A DNA stretch of 64,000 bases. Origin: Longimicrobiales bacterium. GTDB taxonomy: Bacteria > Gemmatimonadota > Gemmatimonadetes > Longimicrobiales > Gaopeijiaceae. How positions within the stretch are numbered: position 1 is the first letter of the stretch; every line of letters begins with the position of its first letter. Positions 36,469 to 47,486 of the stretch are shown piece by piece. The stretch lies in the NCBI GenBank assembly GCA_965198065.1, contig CBDAON010000004.1, positions 1,920,001 through 1,984,000 of the forward strand, given 5' to 3'. The position numbers were made by a program, and so were the translations under genes. Under the pieces are notes generated by a model that was not told the DNA's origin, made no database searches, and saw only the letters and a list, made by a program, of their open reading frames with translations.

Positions 36469-38390
36469 AGACGCTCCGGGCGCTGATCGAGGACGGCGAG
36501 GTGCACATCCTGGACGGGGCGATGGGCACGCTCCTCTACGAGCGCGGCGTGTTCGTGAACGTGTGCTACGACGAGCTGAACCTCACGCGACCGGGACTCG
36601 TGGAAGAGATCCATCGGGAGTACGTCGCCGCGGGGGCCGAGATCATCGAGACCAATACGTTCGGCGCGAACCCCGTGAAGCTCTCCGGCTTCGGGCTCGA
36701 GGAAAAGACGGAGGAAATCAACCGGGCGGCGGCCGAGCTCACGCGCCGGGCTGCGGGGAACCGGGCTCTGGTGGTGGGCGCGATTGGCCCGCTGGGACTC
36801 CGGATCGAGCCGTGGGGGCCGACCTCCGAGGAGGAGGCAGAGGGATACTTCCGACGTCAGGCCCAGGGGCTCGTCGAAGGAGACGTAGACGGCTTCCTCC
36901 TGGAGACGTTCTCCGACCTGAGCGAGCTCCACCAGGCGATCCTCGCGGTGCGATCGGTGAGCGACCGCACTCTCTTCGCTCAAGTCACCATCGACGAGGG
37001 CGGCGCCACCTCCTATGGCACCGACGCGGAGGACGTTGCGCGCGCGCTCGATGAGTGGGGCGCCGACGTAATTGGCGTGAACTGCTCGGTAGGACCCGCG
37101 GAGATCCTCGACGCCGCGGAGCGGATGGTCCGGGTCACCGACCGGCCCCTTTCCGCCCTGCCGAACGCCGGGCTGCCTCGCCTGGTCGGTGATCGGAAGA
37201 TCTACCTCGCGAGCCCCGCCTACATGGCTCGGTACGCAGCCCGCATGGTGGAGGCCGGCGTGCGCTTCGTCGGAGGGTGCTGCGGCACGACCCCGCAGCA
37301 CATCCGGGAGATCAGGACTGCCGTGGAACGGCTTCGCGGGAAGACGTCCGATCCCTCGGCGCCCGGACGCCCGGTCGCAGTCATGAGCGGGGAGGGCCGA
37401 TCAGAGATCGAAGTGGCGGGCCGCGGCTCCGGGGGAGCGTCCTCGGGCGAGGCCATCCCCCTGACCGAGCGCTCGGAGCTCGGGCGACGACTCGCATCGG
37501 GTGAGTTCGTGACCTCGATCGAGCTCCTCCCCCCGAGGGGGTGGGAGCCCTCGGCGCTCCTCGAGGACGCTCGGAGGGCGCGCGACGCCGGCGTGGATTT
37601 TGTGAGCTTGGCGGACACCGCGCGGGGCCCTGGCCGGATGGGTGCAATCTCGGCCGCGACGCTCCTCCTCCACCAGCTCGACACGGAGGCGATCGTCCAG
37701 TACACGTGCCGAGACCGCACGATGCACCGCATGATCTCGGACCTCCTGGGCGCCGCGGCATCCGGAATCCGGAACGTCCTCGTGCTGAGCGGGGAGCCGC
37801 CCGTCACGGGTCCGTACCCGGAGCCCACGGCCCTCTTCGACATCGACTCGATCGGGCTCACAAACGTGCTCGGCCACCTCAATCGGGGCGTGGACCCCGG
37901 GGGACACGCCGTGGCGCCTCCCACGCAGTTTGTCGTGGGGGTGACGCTCCACGCGGGCGCGACCGACATGGATCGGGAGCTGGGCCGTTTCCGGTGGAAG
38001 CTCGACGCGGGGGCCGACTTCGTGGTGACACAGCCGGTGTTCGACGTCCAGGACCTACTTCCGTTTCTCCAGGGGCCGGGCATACGGCCGGTACCCATGC
38101 TCGCGGGAGTGTGGCCGCTCGCGTCGCTGCGGGATGCGGAATACCTGGCGCAGGAGGTTCCCGGAGTGCGCGTGCCCCAACAGATCCTGGCCCGGATGGA
38201 GAGGGCCGCAGTGGGGGGGCCGGCGGCGGCCGCGGCGGAGGGGGCGGAGATCGTGGGGGAGGCCCTCGACCGGATCCTTCCCCTCGTGCAGGGGATCCAC
38301 GTCCATGGACACGGCGGAGACGTGAATCTGGAGCTCGAGATCGCGCGTCTGGCTCGCGCCTGGAGCGGGGAGCCCGGCGGTGTCCGCTGA
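36465..38390 (+). CDS. yitJ: Bifunctional homocysteine S-methyltransferase / methylenetetrahydrofolate reductase (YitJ-like)
   Basis: HMT domain ([16 protein letters not shown]) plus MTHFR domain ([26 protein letters not shown]); ATGA overlap with metH. Confidence 0.9.
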   Translation: MKTLRALIEDGEVHILDGAMGTLLYERGVFVNVCYDELNLTRPGLVEEIHREYVAAGAEIIETNTFGANPVKLSGFGLEEKTEEINRAAAELTRRAAGNRALVVGAIGPLGLRIEPWGPTSEEEAEGYFRRQAQGLVEGDVDGFLLETFSDLSELHQAILAVRSVSDRTLFAQVTIDEGGATSYGTDAEDVARALDEWGADVIGVNCSVGPAEILDAAERMVRVTDRPLSALPNAGLPRLVGDRKIYLASPAYMARYAARMVEAGVRFVGGCCGTTPQHIREIRTAVERLRGKTSDPSAPGRPVAVMSGEGRSEIEVAGRGSGGASSGEAIPLTERSELGRRLASGEFVTSIELLPPRGWEPSALLEDARRARDAGVDFVSLADTARGPGRMGAISAATLLLHQLDTEAIVQYTCRDRTMHRMISDLLGAAASGIRNVLVLSGEPPVTGPYPEPTALFDIDSIGLTNVLGHLNRGVDPGGHAVAPPTQFVVGVTLHAGATDMDRELGRFRWKLDAGADFVVTQPVFDVQDLLPFLQGPGIRPVPMLAGVWPLASLRDAEYLAQEVPGVRVPQQILARMERAAVGGPAAAAAEGAEIVGEALDRILPLVQGIHVHGHGGDVNLELEIARLARAWSGEPGGVR

Positions 38391-39285
38391 GCCGCCTCGT
38401 TCCGGGGCCCTCAGAGCCCCCGATCCGGCACCCGGCCGCGTGGAATCGAGCCTCCTCGAGGCGCTCCGGGGTCCCGAAGCGCTGCGCGCAGTCGAGCTAC
38501 GGCCTCCGCGCGCCGGCATCCCGGGCGAGCGCTCCGTGGATGCCTGGATTGACCTGAATCGAACGATCCGGTCCCTCCTTCGGCAGGGTCGGTTCGTTCT
38601 CGTCACGGACGATGCTGTGGGTGATCGGGAAGAGGAGAGTCTCCAGCACCTCACGACGAACCTCGGACCGGAGGCCGACCTCTCGCGCGTGATTCCGTTC
38701 CTCACTCTGAAGCACAGCCTGGACTACTGCGTCCTCTTCGCTCGCCGTGCGTCGTCGCACGAGCTCGGCGCGTTGACCATCACCGGAGGAGACCGCGTCG
38801 TCGGTCCTCCGCGCTGCCTCCCCAGGTCCCGGTCGCTGAGAGAGCTCCTCCGCGAGCAGGCGCCGGAGCTGCCGCTCGGCGCCTGGGTGAGCCCGCACGG
38901 GGATCCCGAGCGGCAGGTGGGGCTCCTCCTGGACCCCGAGCACGAGGCCGACTACTTCCTGAGTCAGGTGGTGTCTCACCACGACCTCGCGGCCGTGGAT
39001 CGCTTTCTGGACGAAGCGGCGCGACGCGGGCTCCGGGTTCCGGGGATGTTTGGGGTGTTCTACTACCGGAGCGCGAACCCGAAGACGATGGACAAGCTCG
39101 AGCGGTTCATGCCGGTTCCGAGGGAGGCGCTCACAAAGGAGTTCGCCGGCGGGGCGCGCCCGGTCGAGATCTGCGCCCGCACGATCGAGGCGCTTGCCTC
39201 GAGGGGGGTGCGGAAGGTCTATGTGAGCAACCTGGCCTTGCGCGGGGCCGACGAGCGCCTCCGGGAGATCGAGTCGCTGGTCTGA
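38380..39285 (+). CDS. MTHFR-like TIM-barrel protein
   Basis: AVELRPP, VTDDAVG, ITGGD and YFLSQVV parallel the MTHFR motifs; overlaps the end of yitJ. Confidence 0.65.
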   Translation: MSAEPPRSGALRAPDPAPGRVESSLLEALRGPEALRAVELRPPRAGIPGERSVDAWIDLNRTIRSLLRQGRFVLVTDDAVGDREEESLQHLTTNLGPEADLSRVIPFLTLKHSLDYCVLFARRASSHELGALTITGGDRVVGPPRCLPRSRSLRELLREQAPELPLGAWVSPHGDPERQVGLLLDPEHEADYFLSQVVSHHDLAAVDRFLDEAARRGLRVPGMFGVFYYRSANPKTMDKLERFMPVPREALTKEFAGGARPVEICARTIEALASRGVRKVYVSNLALRGADERLREIESLV

Positions 39286-39297
39286 CGCGTGGTGCGA

Positions 39298-40137
39298 CTA
39301 ATGGAGGCTCCGCCTGAGCCCCGCTTCCTGCAGGACCGTCGTGGCGATCTCCTCCACCGAGTAGTGGGTCGTGTCCACGTAGGAGATTCGGTGCTTCCGA
39401 AACATCGCTTCGGCCTCCTTCACCTCGTAGTGGACCTGACGCGTTGACGCATACTGGCTGTCCGGCCGTCGCTCCTGACGGATCCCCTGGAGCCGCGAAG
39501 GCTCGATCGTGAGCCCGAAGAGCTTCTCTCGGTGGGGATCGAGCGTCGGGGAGAACCGGCCGTGCTCGAGGTCGTCTTCGGTGAGCGGGCAGTTCGCGGC
39601 GTTGATCCCGTAGTGCAGCGCGAGGTAGAGGCAGGTCGGGGTCTTTCCCGTCCGCGACACGCCGACCAGGATCACGTCCGCGTCGCCGTAATGCCTGGGA
39701 TTGACGCCGTCGTCGCTCGACAGGGCGAAGTTCATCGCGTCGATACGGCGGGTGTAGTTCTTGAGATCGTGGGCCCCGTGGGCACGGCCGGCCGCGTGGC
39801 TGGATGGCGTCTGGAGCTCCCGCTCGAGCGGGCCGATGAACGCGTCGAAGAAGTCCAGGCAGAGCCCCTCTGCCGTGTGGATGATGTTGCGGATCTCGTC
39901 GTCCACCAGGGTGCTGAACACCAGGGGCCGCACGCCGCTTCGTTGGGTCGCTTCGTTGATCCGATCCACCGCTTCCCTTGCCTTGTCCGGGGAGTCGATG
40001 AACGGCACCGTAATTCTCTGGAACTCGATTCCATTGAACTGGGTCAGCAAGCTGTGTCCCAGTGTCTCGGCGGTGATCCCGGTCCGGTCGGACAGGAGGA
40101 AGACGGTTCGCGCGAGCCGGTCTTTGTCGTCGGTCAT
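39298..40137 (-). CDS. ppsR: PEP synthase regulatory protein (DUF299)
   Basis: [18 protein letters not shown] and [18 protein letters not shown]. Confidence 0.93.
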   Translation of the reverse strand: MTDDKDRLARTVFLLSDRTGITAETLGHSLLTQFNGIEFQRITVPFIDSPDKAREAVDRINEATQRSGVRPLVFSTLVDDEIRNIIHTAEGLCLDFFDAFIGPLERELQTPSSHAAGRAHGAHDLKNYTRRIDAMNFALSSDDGVNPRHYGDADVILVGVSRTGKTPTCLYLALHYGINAANCPLTEDDLEHGRFSPTLDPHREKLFGLTIEPSRLQGIRQERRPDSQYASTRQVHYEVKEAEAMFRKHRISYVDTTHYSVEEIATTVLQEAGLRRSLH

Positions 40138-40707
40138 GGGCGAGGCGGTGAGCTCATACGTGGTCGGTCTCGAGTCGCTCTCGATGGGCGATCTGGACAG
40201 GGTCGGCGGGAAGAACGCGTCGCTCGGAGAAATGATCGGACGGCTGGGGAACCTCGGGGTCCGAGTGCCGGGCGGCTTCGCGACCACCGCGCAGGCGTTC
40301 CGCTCGTCCGTGACGGCCGAGGACCTCCCGGAGGCCTCGTTCGCGGGTCAGCAGGAGACCTTCCTGAACGTCCAGGGGGCCGAGGCGGTCCTTCAGTCGG
40401 TGAAGAATGTGTCTTCCTCCCTCTTCACGGATCGGGCTATCTCGTACCGCGTGCACCACGGTTTCCGGCACGCCGAGGTCGCCGTCTCGGCCGGAGTCCA
40501 GCGGATGGTTCGCTCCGACCTGGGGGCGAGTGGCGTGATGTTCACCCTGGACACCGAGTCCGGGTTCCCGGACGTGGTCCTGATCACGGCCACGTACGGC
40601 CGCTGGTCGAGCAGGGAATCGACAGCGTTTCCCTGAACCCCGACACGGTGGTGGGGACCTGGCTGTACCTCGCGGGCCGGAGTCTCCCGGCCGAAAAAGC
40701 GAGTTGA
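40136..40707 (+). pseudogene. ppsA: Phosphoenolpyruvate synthase remnant with two large internal deletions
   Basis: [12 protein letters not shown], then [19 protein letters not shown]...[12 protein letters not shown], then the extreme C-terminus [16 protein letters not shown], all within about 570 nt. Confidence 0.9.
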
Positions 40708-40733
40708 CAAGCCGGCGGAATCGGTTGTAACCT
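40704..40733 (+). promoter_or_regulatory. Putative sigma70 promoter
   Basis: TTGACA-N18-TAACCT upstream of the cytochrome c gene. Confidence 0.4.
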
Positions 40734-40886
40734 CCGGCCGGTTCGGCTCACCCATCACATGGCCGTCGGCACGGGTTGCCGGCGGGCAGTAGGCGTTCCG
40801 GGGCGCCCGAGGCAGCAGCGCCACGTGTCGCACCCGGCGAGTCGAGGTGCGTTGAGCTCGAAGGATGGAAGGGGGGCCCGAGGTCC

Positions 40887-41393
40887 ATGAGAATCAGAAC
40901 GCACGGGATCGCGATGAAGCTTGCCACTGGAATTTTTTGGGTAGGGGTCTTCGCCACTGCGGGCTGCTCGACCACGCCGGGTGAGGCGCAAGCCCCGGCG
41001 GCGACTCCGGTCGCTGCGGTTGCGCCGGCACCTCCGGCACCTCCGGAACCTGTGGCTGCCACCACGATCTGGGACGGCGTGTACACCTCCGAGCAGGCGG
41101 ACCGCGGGGAGCTCGTAGCGCGCCAGGTGTGCTTCGCGTGCCACGGACAGCGGGACTGGGTCACGCCCGTCATGATTCCGATCTGGTCTGGGCGCCCGAT
41201 TCTGGATTTCTATGATAATCTCATGTTCACGATGCCCTACGACAATCCCGCGAGCCTGAGCCGGGAGCAATACGCGGACGTGCTCTCGTACATTCTCGAG
41301 CTGAACGGTGTGCCTGCGGGCTCGACGCCCCTTCCGGCCAACGCCAGGGGGTTGGGTGAGATCCAGGTGACCCGGGGCGACGAGCAGCCCTGA
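40887..41393 (+). CDS. Monoheme cytochrome c lipoprotein
   Basis: Lipobox TAGC; IWDGVYTSEQADRG; CFACH; TMPYDNP. Confidence 0.88.
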   Translation: MRIRTHGIAMKLATGIFWVGVFATAGCSTTPGEAQAPAATPVAAVAPAPPAPPEPVAATTIWDGVYTSEQADRGELVARQVCFACHGQRDWVTPVMIPIWSGRPILDFYDNLMFTMPYDNPASLSREQYADVLSYILELNGVPAGSTPLPANARGLGEIQVTRGDEQP

Positions 41394-41449
41394 CCCTTCG
41401 GGGGGGGGACGACTTCCGGACGCGACCCCGCATTTCTTCTCGCTCGAGA

Positions 41450-41487
41450 GAGGGCCCGGAGCCTGAGCTCCGGGCCCTCGGCCTTTT
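41450..41487 (+). terminator. Intrinsic terminator
   Basis: gagggcccggagc-ctga-gctccgggccctc stem followed by ggcctttt. Confidence 0.7.
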
Positions 41488-41665
41488 GTGCCAGCCAGCT
41501 CCGTCGTCCCCGCCGTAATCGGACCCGATTTCGGCAGTCATCCTCGCCAGGCTCCTCGGGTTTGTGGGGCGCTTCGGGGGGTTGCGCGAACCGTTCCTGA
41601 CATGAAGGATTGGTCCCTACCCGTTTGCCCGAGCCGTTCAGCATGACCATGAGGAGAGGAGGGGT

Positions 41666-43369
41666 ATGAATGCCATCGCGCTGGCCCTCATAGGCCTCGG
41701 AGCGTTCGGTCTCGGGTATGTGTTCTACTCCAGATTCATCGCGACCCGGCTGTTCAAGCTTGAGGCGGACTTCGTGACACCCGCGCACGAGCTGGAGGAC
41801 GGGGTCGACTTCGTGCCGACCAATCGCTTCGTCCTCTGGGGTCACCACTTCGCCGCGGTGGCGGGCGCCGCCCCCATCATCGGGCCCGCGATCGCGGTGA
41901 TTTGGGGATGGCTCCCGGCATTTATCTGGGTGGTGTTTGGAACCATCTTCTTCGCCGGAGTTCACGACTTCGGAGCCATATGGGCCAGTGTCAGGCACAA
42001 GGGCCAGTCGATCGGCTCCCTGACGGAAACGGTCGTGGGAGGGCGCGCCCGCAGCGTCTTCATGATCGTCATCTTCCTCCTTCTCCTCATGGTGAACGCG
42101 GTCTTCGGCATCGTCATCGGGAACCTCATGGTGGACGTGCCGGGCAGCGTGATCCCGACCTGGTCGGTCATCGGCCTGGCCATGGTGGCCGGGGTTCTGA
42201 TCTACAAGAAGGGTCTTTCCCTGTTCTGGGTCACGACGATTGGCGTGATCGCGCTCTACGGAACGATTTTCGTGGGTGACGCGATTCCGCTCACACTCCC
42301 CGATCAGGTACTCGGCCTCGCCCCCGCAGCCCAGTGGGTCCTCATCCTGTTCGCCTACGCCGCGGTCGCGTCGGTGCTTCCGGTGTGGCTATTGCTCCAG
42401 CCGCGGGACTACCTGAACGGCGTCCAGCTTTTGGTGGGGCTTGGGGTGCTCTATCTGGGCGTGATCGTTGGGAATCCCACGATCGTAGCCCCAGCGTTCA
42501 ATTCAAACCTGCCGGCGGGTGTGCCTCCCCTTGTACCGCTCCTGTTCGTGACGATCGCCTGCGGCGCGATCTCAGGCTTCCATGGACTGGTGGCGTCCGG
42601 GACCACGTCGAAGCAGCTGAACAAGGAAACCGACGCGCGCATGGTCGGCTATCTCGGCTCGGTCGGCGAGGGGGCGCTCGCGTTGGCCGCCATTATCGCG
42701 TGCACCGCGGGCTTCGCATCGACGGCCGAGTGGCAAGCGTTCTACTCGACGTTCGCTGCGCAGGGCACGAACGCGTGGGTCCAGGGCGGAGGCCAAATCG
42801 CCCAGAGCCTCGGACTGCCGCTGGGCTTCTCCCAGACCTTGCTGTCCGTGATGGCGATCCTCTTCGCGGCCACGACCATGGACGCCGGCGTGCGGCTTCA
42901 GCGCTACATCATCCAGGAGTGGGGAAACATCTACAAGCTGGATTTCCTGACCGGACGCTATCTTTCCACCGCGATCGCGGTGGTCTGCTGTGTGATCCTC
43001 GCGTTCGGGGCGGGTGAGGGTGGAGGAACCGGCGGGCTCATCATCTGGCCCCTCTTCGGAACCACGAACCAACTCCTGGGAGGGCTCACGCTCTCGGTCA
43101 TAACACTGTTCCTCCTGAAGCTGGGTCGCCCGATATGGTATACACTGCTCCCCCTCACGTTCCTCTTGCTCATGACCGTCTGGGCGCTCCTCGTCCAGCT
43201 GCGGCAGTTCTATAGTCAGGGGAACTACCTGCTGGTCGTCATGGATCTGGTGATCCTCGGGGCGGCGATCTGGGTGATTCTGGAAGCCATGGCGGCCCTG
43301 AACAGGGCAAGAAAGGAACGGACCGGTGCGCCCCCACCGTCGGTCGTAGCCGGAGGCACCAAGGCCTGA
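41666..43369 (+). CDS. cstA: Carbon starvation CstA family transporter
   Basis: TPAHELEDGVDFVPT, GHHFAAVAGAAPIIGP, ACGAISGFHGLV and WPLFGTTNQL. Confidence 0.95.
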   Translation: MNAIALALIGLGAFGLGYVFYSRFIATRLFKLEADFVTPAHELEDGVDFVPTNRFVLWGHHFAAVAGAAPIIGPAIAVIWGWLPAFIWVVFGTIFFAGVHDFGAIWASVRHKGQSIGSLTETVVGGRARSVFMIVIFLLLLMVNAVFGIVIGNLMVDVPGSVIPTWSVIGLAMVAGVLIYKKGLSLFWVTTIGVIALYGTIFVGDAIPLTLPDQVLGLAPAAQWVLILFAYAAVASVLPVWLLLQPRDYLNGVQLLVGLGVLYLGVIVGNPTIVAPAFNSNLPAGVPPLVPLLFVTIACGAISGFHGLVASGTTSKQLNKETDARMVGYLGSVGEGALALAAIIACTAGFASTAEWQAFYSTFAAQGTNAWVQGGGQIAQSLGLPLGFSQTLLSVMAILFAATTMDAGVRLQRYIIQEWGNIYKLDFLTGRYLSTAIAVVCCVILAFGAGEGGGTGGLIIWPLFGTTNQLLGGLTLSVITLFLLKLGRPIWYTLLPLTFLLLMTVWALLVQLRQFYSQGNYLLVVMDLVILGAAIWVILEAMAALNRARKERTGAPPPSVVAGGTKA

Positions 43370-43373
43370 CCCG

Positions 43374-43628
43374 ATGTCGAAGTGGAATGTGGCCGCCCGC
43401 CTGCTTCGAGAGTTCTACGTTGCCCCGTATCGGGGCACGCTGGCTCGCCTGGCCCGCGACGAGGATGACCTGTTCATGCTCCTCGTCTACTCGGAGATGA
43501 TGGGCGTTCCGAACCCGGCGACCTACCACATGCTGGAGATCCTTCCCCTCCTTCACGATCGCTTCCACGAGTGGCATCGGCGGATGGGCATGGAGCACTC
43601 GCCCCTGAGCCATATCAACTGCTGTTAA
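43374..43628 (+). CDS. Small CC-terminated protein (cory-CC-star-like)
   Basis: EDDLFMLLVYSEMMGVPNP...FHEWHRRMGMEHSP...CC*, located between cstA and an ArsA ATPase. Confidence 0.85.
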   Translation: MSKWNVAARLLREFYVAPYRGTLARLARDEDDLFMLLVYSEMMGVPNPATYHMLEILPLLHDRFHEWHRRMGMEHSPLSHINCC

Positions 43629-43636
43629 CCCCCACC

Positions 43637-44632
43637 ATGGTCCCAGTCCAGGACCAGCGGATCATCTTCGTCGGCGGTAAGGGTGGGGTGGGGAAGACGA
43701 CCACTGCCTCCGCTCTGGCGCTTCACTTAGCCGAGGCGGGCCAGACGGTTCTACTGGTCTCGACCGATCCGGCCCACTCCCTCGGAGATCTCTTCGATCG
43801 AACCATTGGGGACCAAGGTGTGGGGATCGCTCCCCGGGTCACGGCGCTGGAGATCGATCCGGATGGGGAGGTGGACAGCTATCTGCGAACCGTGAAGCGG
43901 AACCTCCGCGAGCTAGTGCGTCCGGAGATGTACGGAGACGTCGATGGCCAGATCGAGCTGGCTCGGATGTCGCCGGGAGTGCATGAGGCTGCCCTCCTTG
44001 AGCGGGTGAGCCGGATCATGCTCGAGGGGCCCGATAGCTACGACCGCGTTGTCTTCGACACGGCGCCCACCGGATCCACCCTTCGCCTTCTCGCGCTTCC
44101 CGAAGTGATGACGGCCTGGATGGAGGGTCTCCTGGAGCGGCGGGATAGAGCGGAGAGCTTCCGCGAGAGCCTCAGGGGTCTCTCGCCACCGGACGCCGGG
44201 GGCTCGCCTCGGGAGGATTCCAAGGAGGACCCCCGAGCGCGAAGGATCCGAGAGGTGCTCACGGATCGCCGCCGGCGTTTCACCGGTGCTCGCAGCCTGC
44301 TACGCGACCGGGACCAGTGCGCTTTTGTTCTCGTGGTTCTGGCCGAGAAGCTTCCGATACTCGAGGGTTATCGCGCCTACCAGGCGCTGGGAGAGGCCGG
44401 CGTGCCGGTCACGGCCGTCGTGGTCAACCGGGTCTTGCCCGAGATGGCGCTCGGGGAGTTCCTGGAGCACCGGAGGGAGCAGGAAGCGGCTTACCTCCGG
44501 GAGATCGACGAGCTCTTCGCTGCCATTCCGCGCGTCCGGGTGCCCCTGTTGGAGGAGGACGTGGGCGACATGGCCGGGGTGATCGCGGTGGGCCGCTATC
44601 TGTTCGGTCTAGCCCACCCCGCGACTGGGTAG
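43637..44632 (+). CDS. ArsA/GET3 family ATPase
   Basis: GGKGGVGKTT, STDPAHSL and FDTAPTG. Confidence 0.93.
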   Translation: MVPVQDQRIIFVGGKGGVGKTTTASALALHLAEAGQTVLLVSTDPAHSLGDLFDRTIGDQGVGIAPRVTALEIDPDGEVDSYLRTVKRNLRELVRPEMYGDVDGQIELARMSPGVHEAALLERVSRIMLEGPDSYDRVVFDTAPTGSTLRLLALPEVMTAWMEGLLERRDRAESFRESLRGLSPPDAGGSPREDSKEDPRARRIREVLTDRRRRFTGARSLLRDRDQCAFVLVVLAEKLPILEGYRAYQALGEAGVPVTAVVVNRVLPEMALGEFLEHRREQEAAYLREIDELFAAIPRVRVPLLEEDVGDMAGVIAVGRYLFGLAHPATG

Positions 44633-46306
44633 AGGTCGCGGGGACCCGTCATCATCCATCGAAGTCCGGATTCTGCCCGGGACGGAGCGGCTGAGGGCCA
44701 GAGTGCTGTGGCGGGGACGACCGCTCGAACGGCCCGGAAAGTCGTCGCGGAAATGGCTTCCCAGGCTCTCCTCTCGTGCGAGGGCAGCGTGGGCGATCAA
44801 ACGCGCCGTGAGAAGGACGTTCCGCGCGTGCGGAGCGGTCCTGGAGGCGAACGAGGTCTCGATGGCGTCCAGTTCCCGGACGGCGCCGGCGAGGTCCGCC
44901 CCGTTCCGCACGATTCCCACTCGCTCCCACATGAGGACCCGGATGCGCTGGATCACCTCCGGGGGAGGCGTGGCGTGGGCCGTATCGAACGCGGCCGGGG
45001 ACGATGGCACGGGGGAGCCCGACCCTGGCGCCCGTCGGGACGGAGCGTCCGAGCGCGCGGCGAGCGCGCTGGCAATCGAGCGCGCCGCCCGTGGGCCGAA
45101 CACGAGCCCCTCGAGCAGCGAGTTGCTCGCCAGGCGGTTCGCCCCGTGGACTCCCGAGGCCGCGACTTCACCGGCTGCCCAGAGCCCGGTGAGGGAGCTC
45201 CGGCCCTCGGCATCCACCGCGATGCCCCCCATGTGGTAGTGGGCGGCCGGTGTAACCGGGATCGGCTCTCGGACGGGGTCCACGCCATGTCTCAGACAGA
45301 GTGCGTACACGCCCGGGAAGTCTACCGGGATGGCTTCGCCGGGTGACTCGCGACAATCGAGAAACACCCTGCGGCCTTCACGAATACGGCGCCAGATAGC
45401 TCGCGCCCCCCGGTCCCGGACGGCCAGGTCTCCGCCGGCAGCCGAGTCGTGAATCGCGCGCCCCATCTCGTCCACGAGTCGCGCCCCCGCACCCCGGAGT
45501 GCCTCGGTGACGAGGGGCAGCGGGTCGGTGTCCACGTCGAGGGCCGTGGGGTGGAACTGTACGAACTCCAGATCGCGGAGCGTCGCGCCCGCCCTCGCGG
45601 CCATCGCGAGCCCGCCACCATCCAGTCCGGGCGGTGCAGTGGTCCGGAGGTACACGCGGCCCGGCCCCCCCGTGGTCAGCAGGGTCGCGGAGGCGTCAAA
45701 GATCCGGAGGTAGCCCTGGGAGTCGCGCGTGAGGACGCCTCTTACGACCTCTCCCTCGAGGTGGAGGTCGACCGCCTCCAGGTGCTCGAACACCTGGATT
45801 CTCGGTGAGGATAGAACGGCCTCCCTCAGGGCCCGCATGACCTCCGCGCCGGTGCGATCTCCTCGAGCGTGGAGGATCCGGCGCCGCGAATGCGCTCCCT
45901 CGAGCCCGAGGGACAGGCCTCCTGATTCACCACGGTCGAAGCGAGCGCCGAGCTCGGCGAGCTCCTGCACCCGGTCGGGACCGTCGCGCGTCAGGATCTC
46001 CACGAGCTCGGAGCGAGCGAGGCCGTCGGCGGCCATCTCCGTGTCATGGGCGTGGAGCTCGGGGGAGTCAGACGGGTCCAGGGCGGCCGCGACCCCGCCC
46101 TGAGCAAGAGGAGAGGCGCCGTGACTGCCGGTGCTTCCCCGGGTGAGGATGGCGATGTGATAGTCGGGAGTCAGGCGGCCGAGCTCGAGGGCCGCGGAGA
46201 GCCCGGCCACGCCGGAGCCGACCACGATCACGTCGAACGAGCGGGGGTGGTGTGGTGCCTCGAGCGGGTCGGCCAAAGAGCTGTCGGGGCTCTTCCCTCC
46301 GATCAT
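44609..46306 (-). CDS. nadB: L-aspartate oxidase
   Basis: [34 protein letters not shown] and [15 protein letters not shown]. Confidence 0.95.
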   Translation of the reverse strand: MIGGKSPDSSLADPLEAPHHPRSFDVIVVGSGVAGLSAALELGRLTPDYHIAILTRGSTGSHGASPLAQGGVAAALDPSDSPELHAHDTEMAADGLARSELVEILTRDGPDRVQELAELGARFDRGESGGLSLGLEGAHSRRRILHARGDRTGAEVMRALREAVLSSPRIQVFEHLEAVDLHLEGEVVRGVLTRDSQGYLRIFDASATLLTTGGPGRVYLRTTAPPGLDGGGLAMAARAGATLRDLEFVQFHPTALDVDTDPLPLVTEALRGAGARLVDEMGRAIHDSAAGGDLAVRDRGARAIWRRIREGRRVFLDCRESPGEAIPVDFPGVYALCLRHGVDPVREPIPVTPAAHYHMGGIAVDAEGRSSLTGLWAAGEVAASGVHGANRLASNSLLEGLVFGPRAARSIASALAARSDAPSRRAPGSGSPVPSSPAAFDTAHATPPPEVIQRIRVLMWERVGIVRNGADLAGAVRELDAIETSFASRTAPHARNVLLTARLIAHAALAREESLGSHFRDDFPGRSSGRPRHSTLALSRSVPGRIRTSMDDDGSPRPLPSRGVG

Positions 46307-47340
46307 CCCCCGCTTCCCCGGCCCACGGCGAGCATGCGCTCGACCGCAGTCCTAGCCCGATCGGCCACGGCGGGATCGACCTCGATCCTGTGCTCGAGCC
46401 GCTCGAGGGAGCGCACGATCCCGGGGAGGGTGATCCGCTTCATGTGGGGGCAGAGATTGCAGGGCCGAATGAAGTTCACGTCCGGATTCTCTGCGGCGAC
46501 GTTGTCGCTCATCGAGCATTCCGTGATCATCGCGACGTTCTTCGGCTGGCGGTCGCGCACGTAGCCCGCCATGCCCGACGTGGATCCCACGTAATCGGCC
46601 TCGGCGAGCACCTCGGGTGGGCACTCGGGGTGGGCGAGCACAACGAGGTCTTCGGCCAGGGCACGGTACCGCCGCACTTCTTCGGTGGTGAACCGCTCGT
46701 GGACCTCGCAGCGTCCCTTCCAGCTGACGATCTCGACCGGCGTCTGGGTCGCGACGTAGCTGGCCAGGTATTCGTCCGGCAGGAAAATGACCCGGTCCAC
46801 GCCGAGGGACTCGATGACCTGAACGGCGTTCGACGAGGTGCAGCAGATGTCGCTTTCCGCCTTCACGTCCGCCGACGTGTTTACGTACGTGACCACTGGA
46901 ACGCCGGGATGCTGCTCTCGGAGCGCGCGGACGTCCGCGCCCGTGATGGATTCCGCGAGGGAGCACCCGGCCCGGAGATCGGGAATGAGCACGGTCTTCT
47001 GGGGACTGATGATCTTCGCGGTCTCGGCCATGAAGTGGACGCCGCAGAAAACGATGATCTCGGCGTCGGTCACGGCCGCCTCCCGAGCCAGGCCGAGGGA
47101 GTCGCCCCGGATGTCTGCGATCCCGTGGAAGATCTCGGGGGTCTGGTAGTTGTGCGCGAGGATGACGGCCTTTCGCTCCTCCTTCAGCTCCTGGATGCGA
47201 ACCAGGTAGGGCGCGTGAACCGGCCACTCGACCTCCGGGACCGCACCCCGGAGCCGCTCGAAAATGGGAGCCGCCTCCCGCGCGACCTGGGGCGTGTACT
47301 CGAGAGTCTCGGTTTCCTGGACAGCCGTGCGGGGTGCCAT
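46303..47340 (-). CDS. nadA: Quinolinate synthase
   Basis: [26 protein letters not shown] and CPHMK. Confidence 0.97.
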   Translation of the reverse strand: MAPRTAVQETETLEYTPQVAREAAPIFERLRGAVPEVEWPVHAPYLVRIQELKEERKAVILAHNYQTPEIFHGIADIRGDSLGLAREAAVTDAEIIVFCGVHFMAETAKIISPQKTVLIPDLRAGCSLAESITGADVRALREQHPGVPVVTYVNTSADVKAESDICCTSSNAVQVIESLGVDRVIFLPDEYLASYVATQTPVEIVSWKGRCEVHERFTTEEVRRYRALAEDLVVLAHPECPPEVLAEADYVGSTSGMAGYVRDRQPKNVAMITECSMSDNVAAENPDVNFIRPCNLCPHMKRITLPGIVRSLERLEHRIEVDPAVADRARTAVERMLAVGRGSGG

Positions 47341-47351
47341 CGAGGTACCTG

Positions 47352-47372
47352 TTATGCTCACTCTGAGTATAT
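47352..47372. promoter_or_regulatory. Probable NrtR operator palindrome
   Basis: TTATGCTCA-CTC-TGAGTATAT, an AT-rich palindrome 12 nt upstream of the nadA start and next to the nrtR gene. Confidence 0.75.
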
Positions 47373-47486
47373 GAGGGTGAAAAAAAAGCGCCAAAAGGGC
47401 TCGATGGAAGAACGCTAAGGGTGGTGATGTCGCGAAGTCAACCGCGATTGGCCATTAGCGTCATGTCCTGGACGCTATCCGGTCGC

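Noticed and set aside
43617..43628. Selenoprotein at the CC* terminus
   Set aside because: The codons are TGC TGT TAA; there is no UGA.
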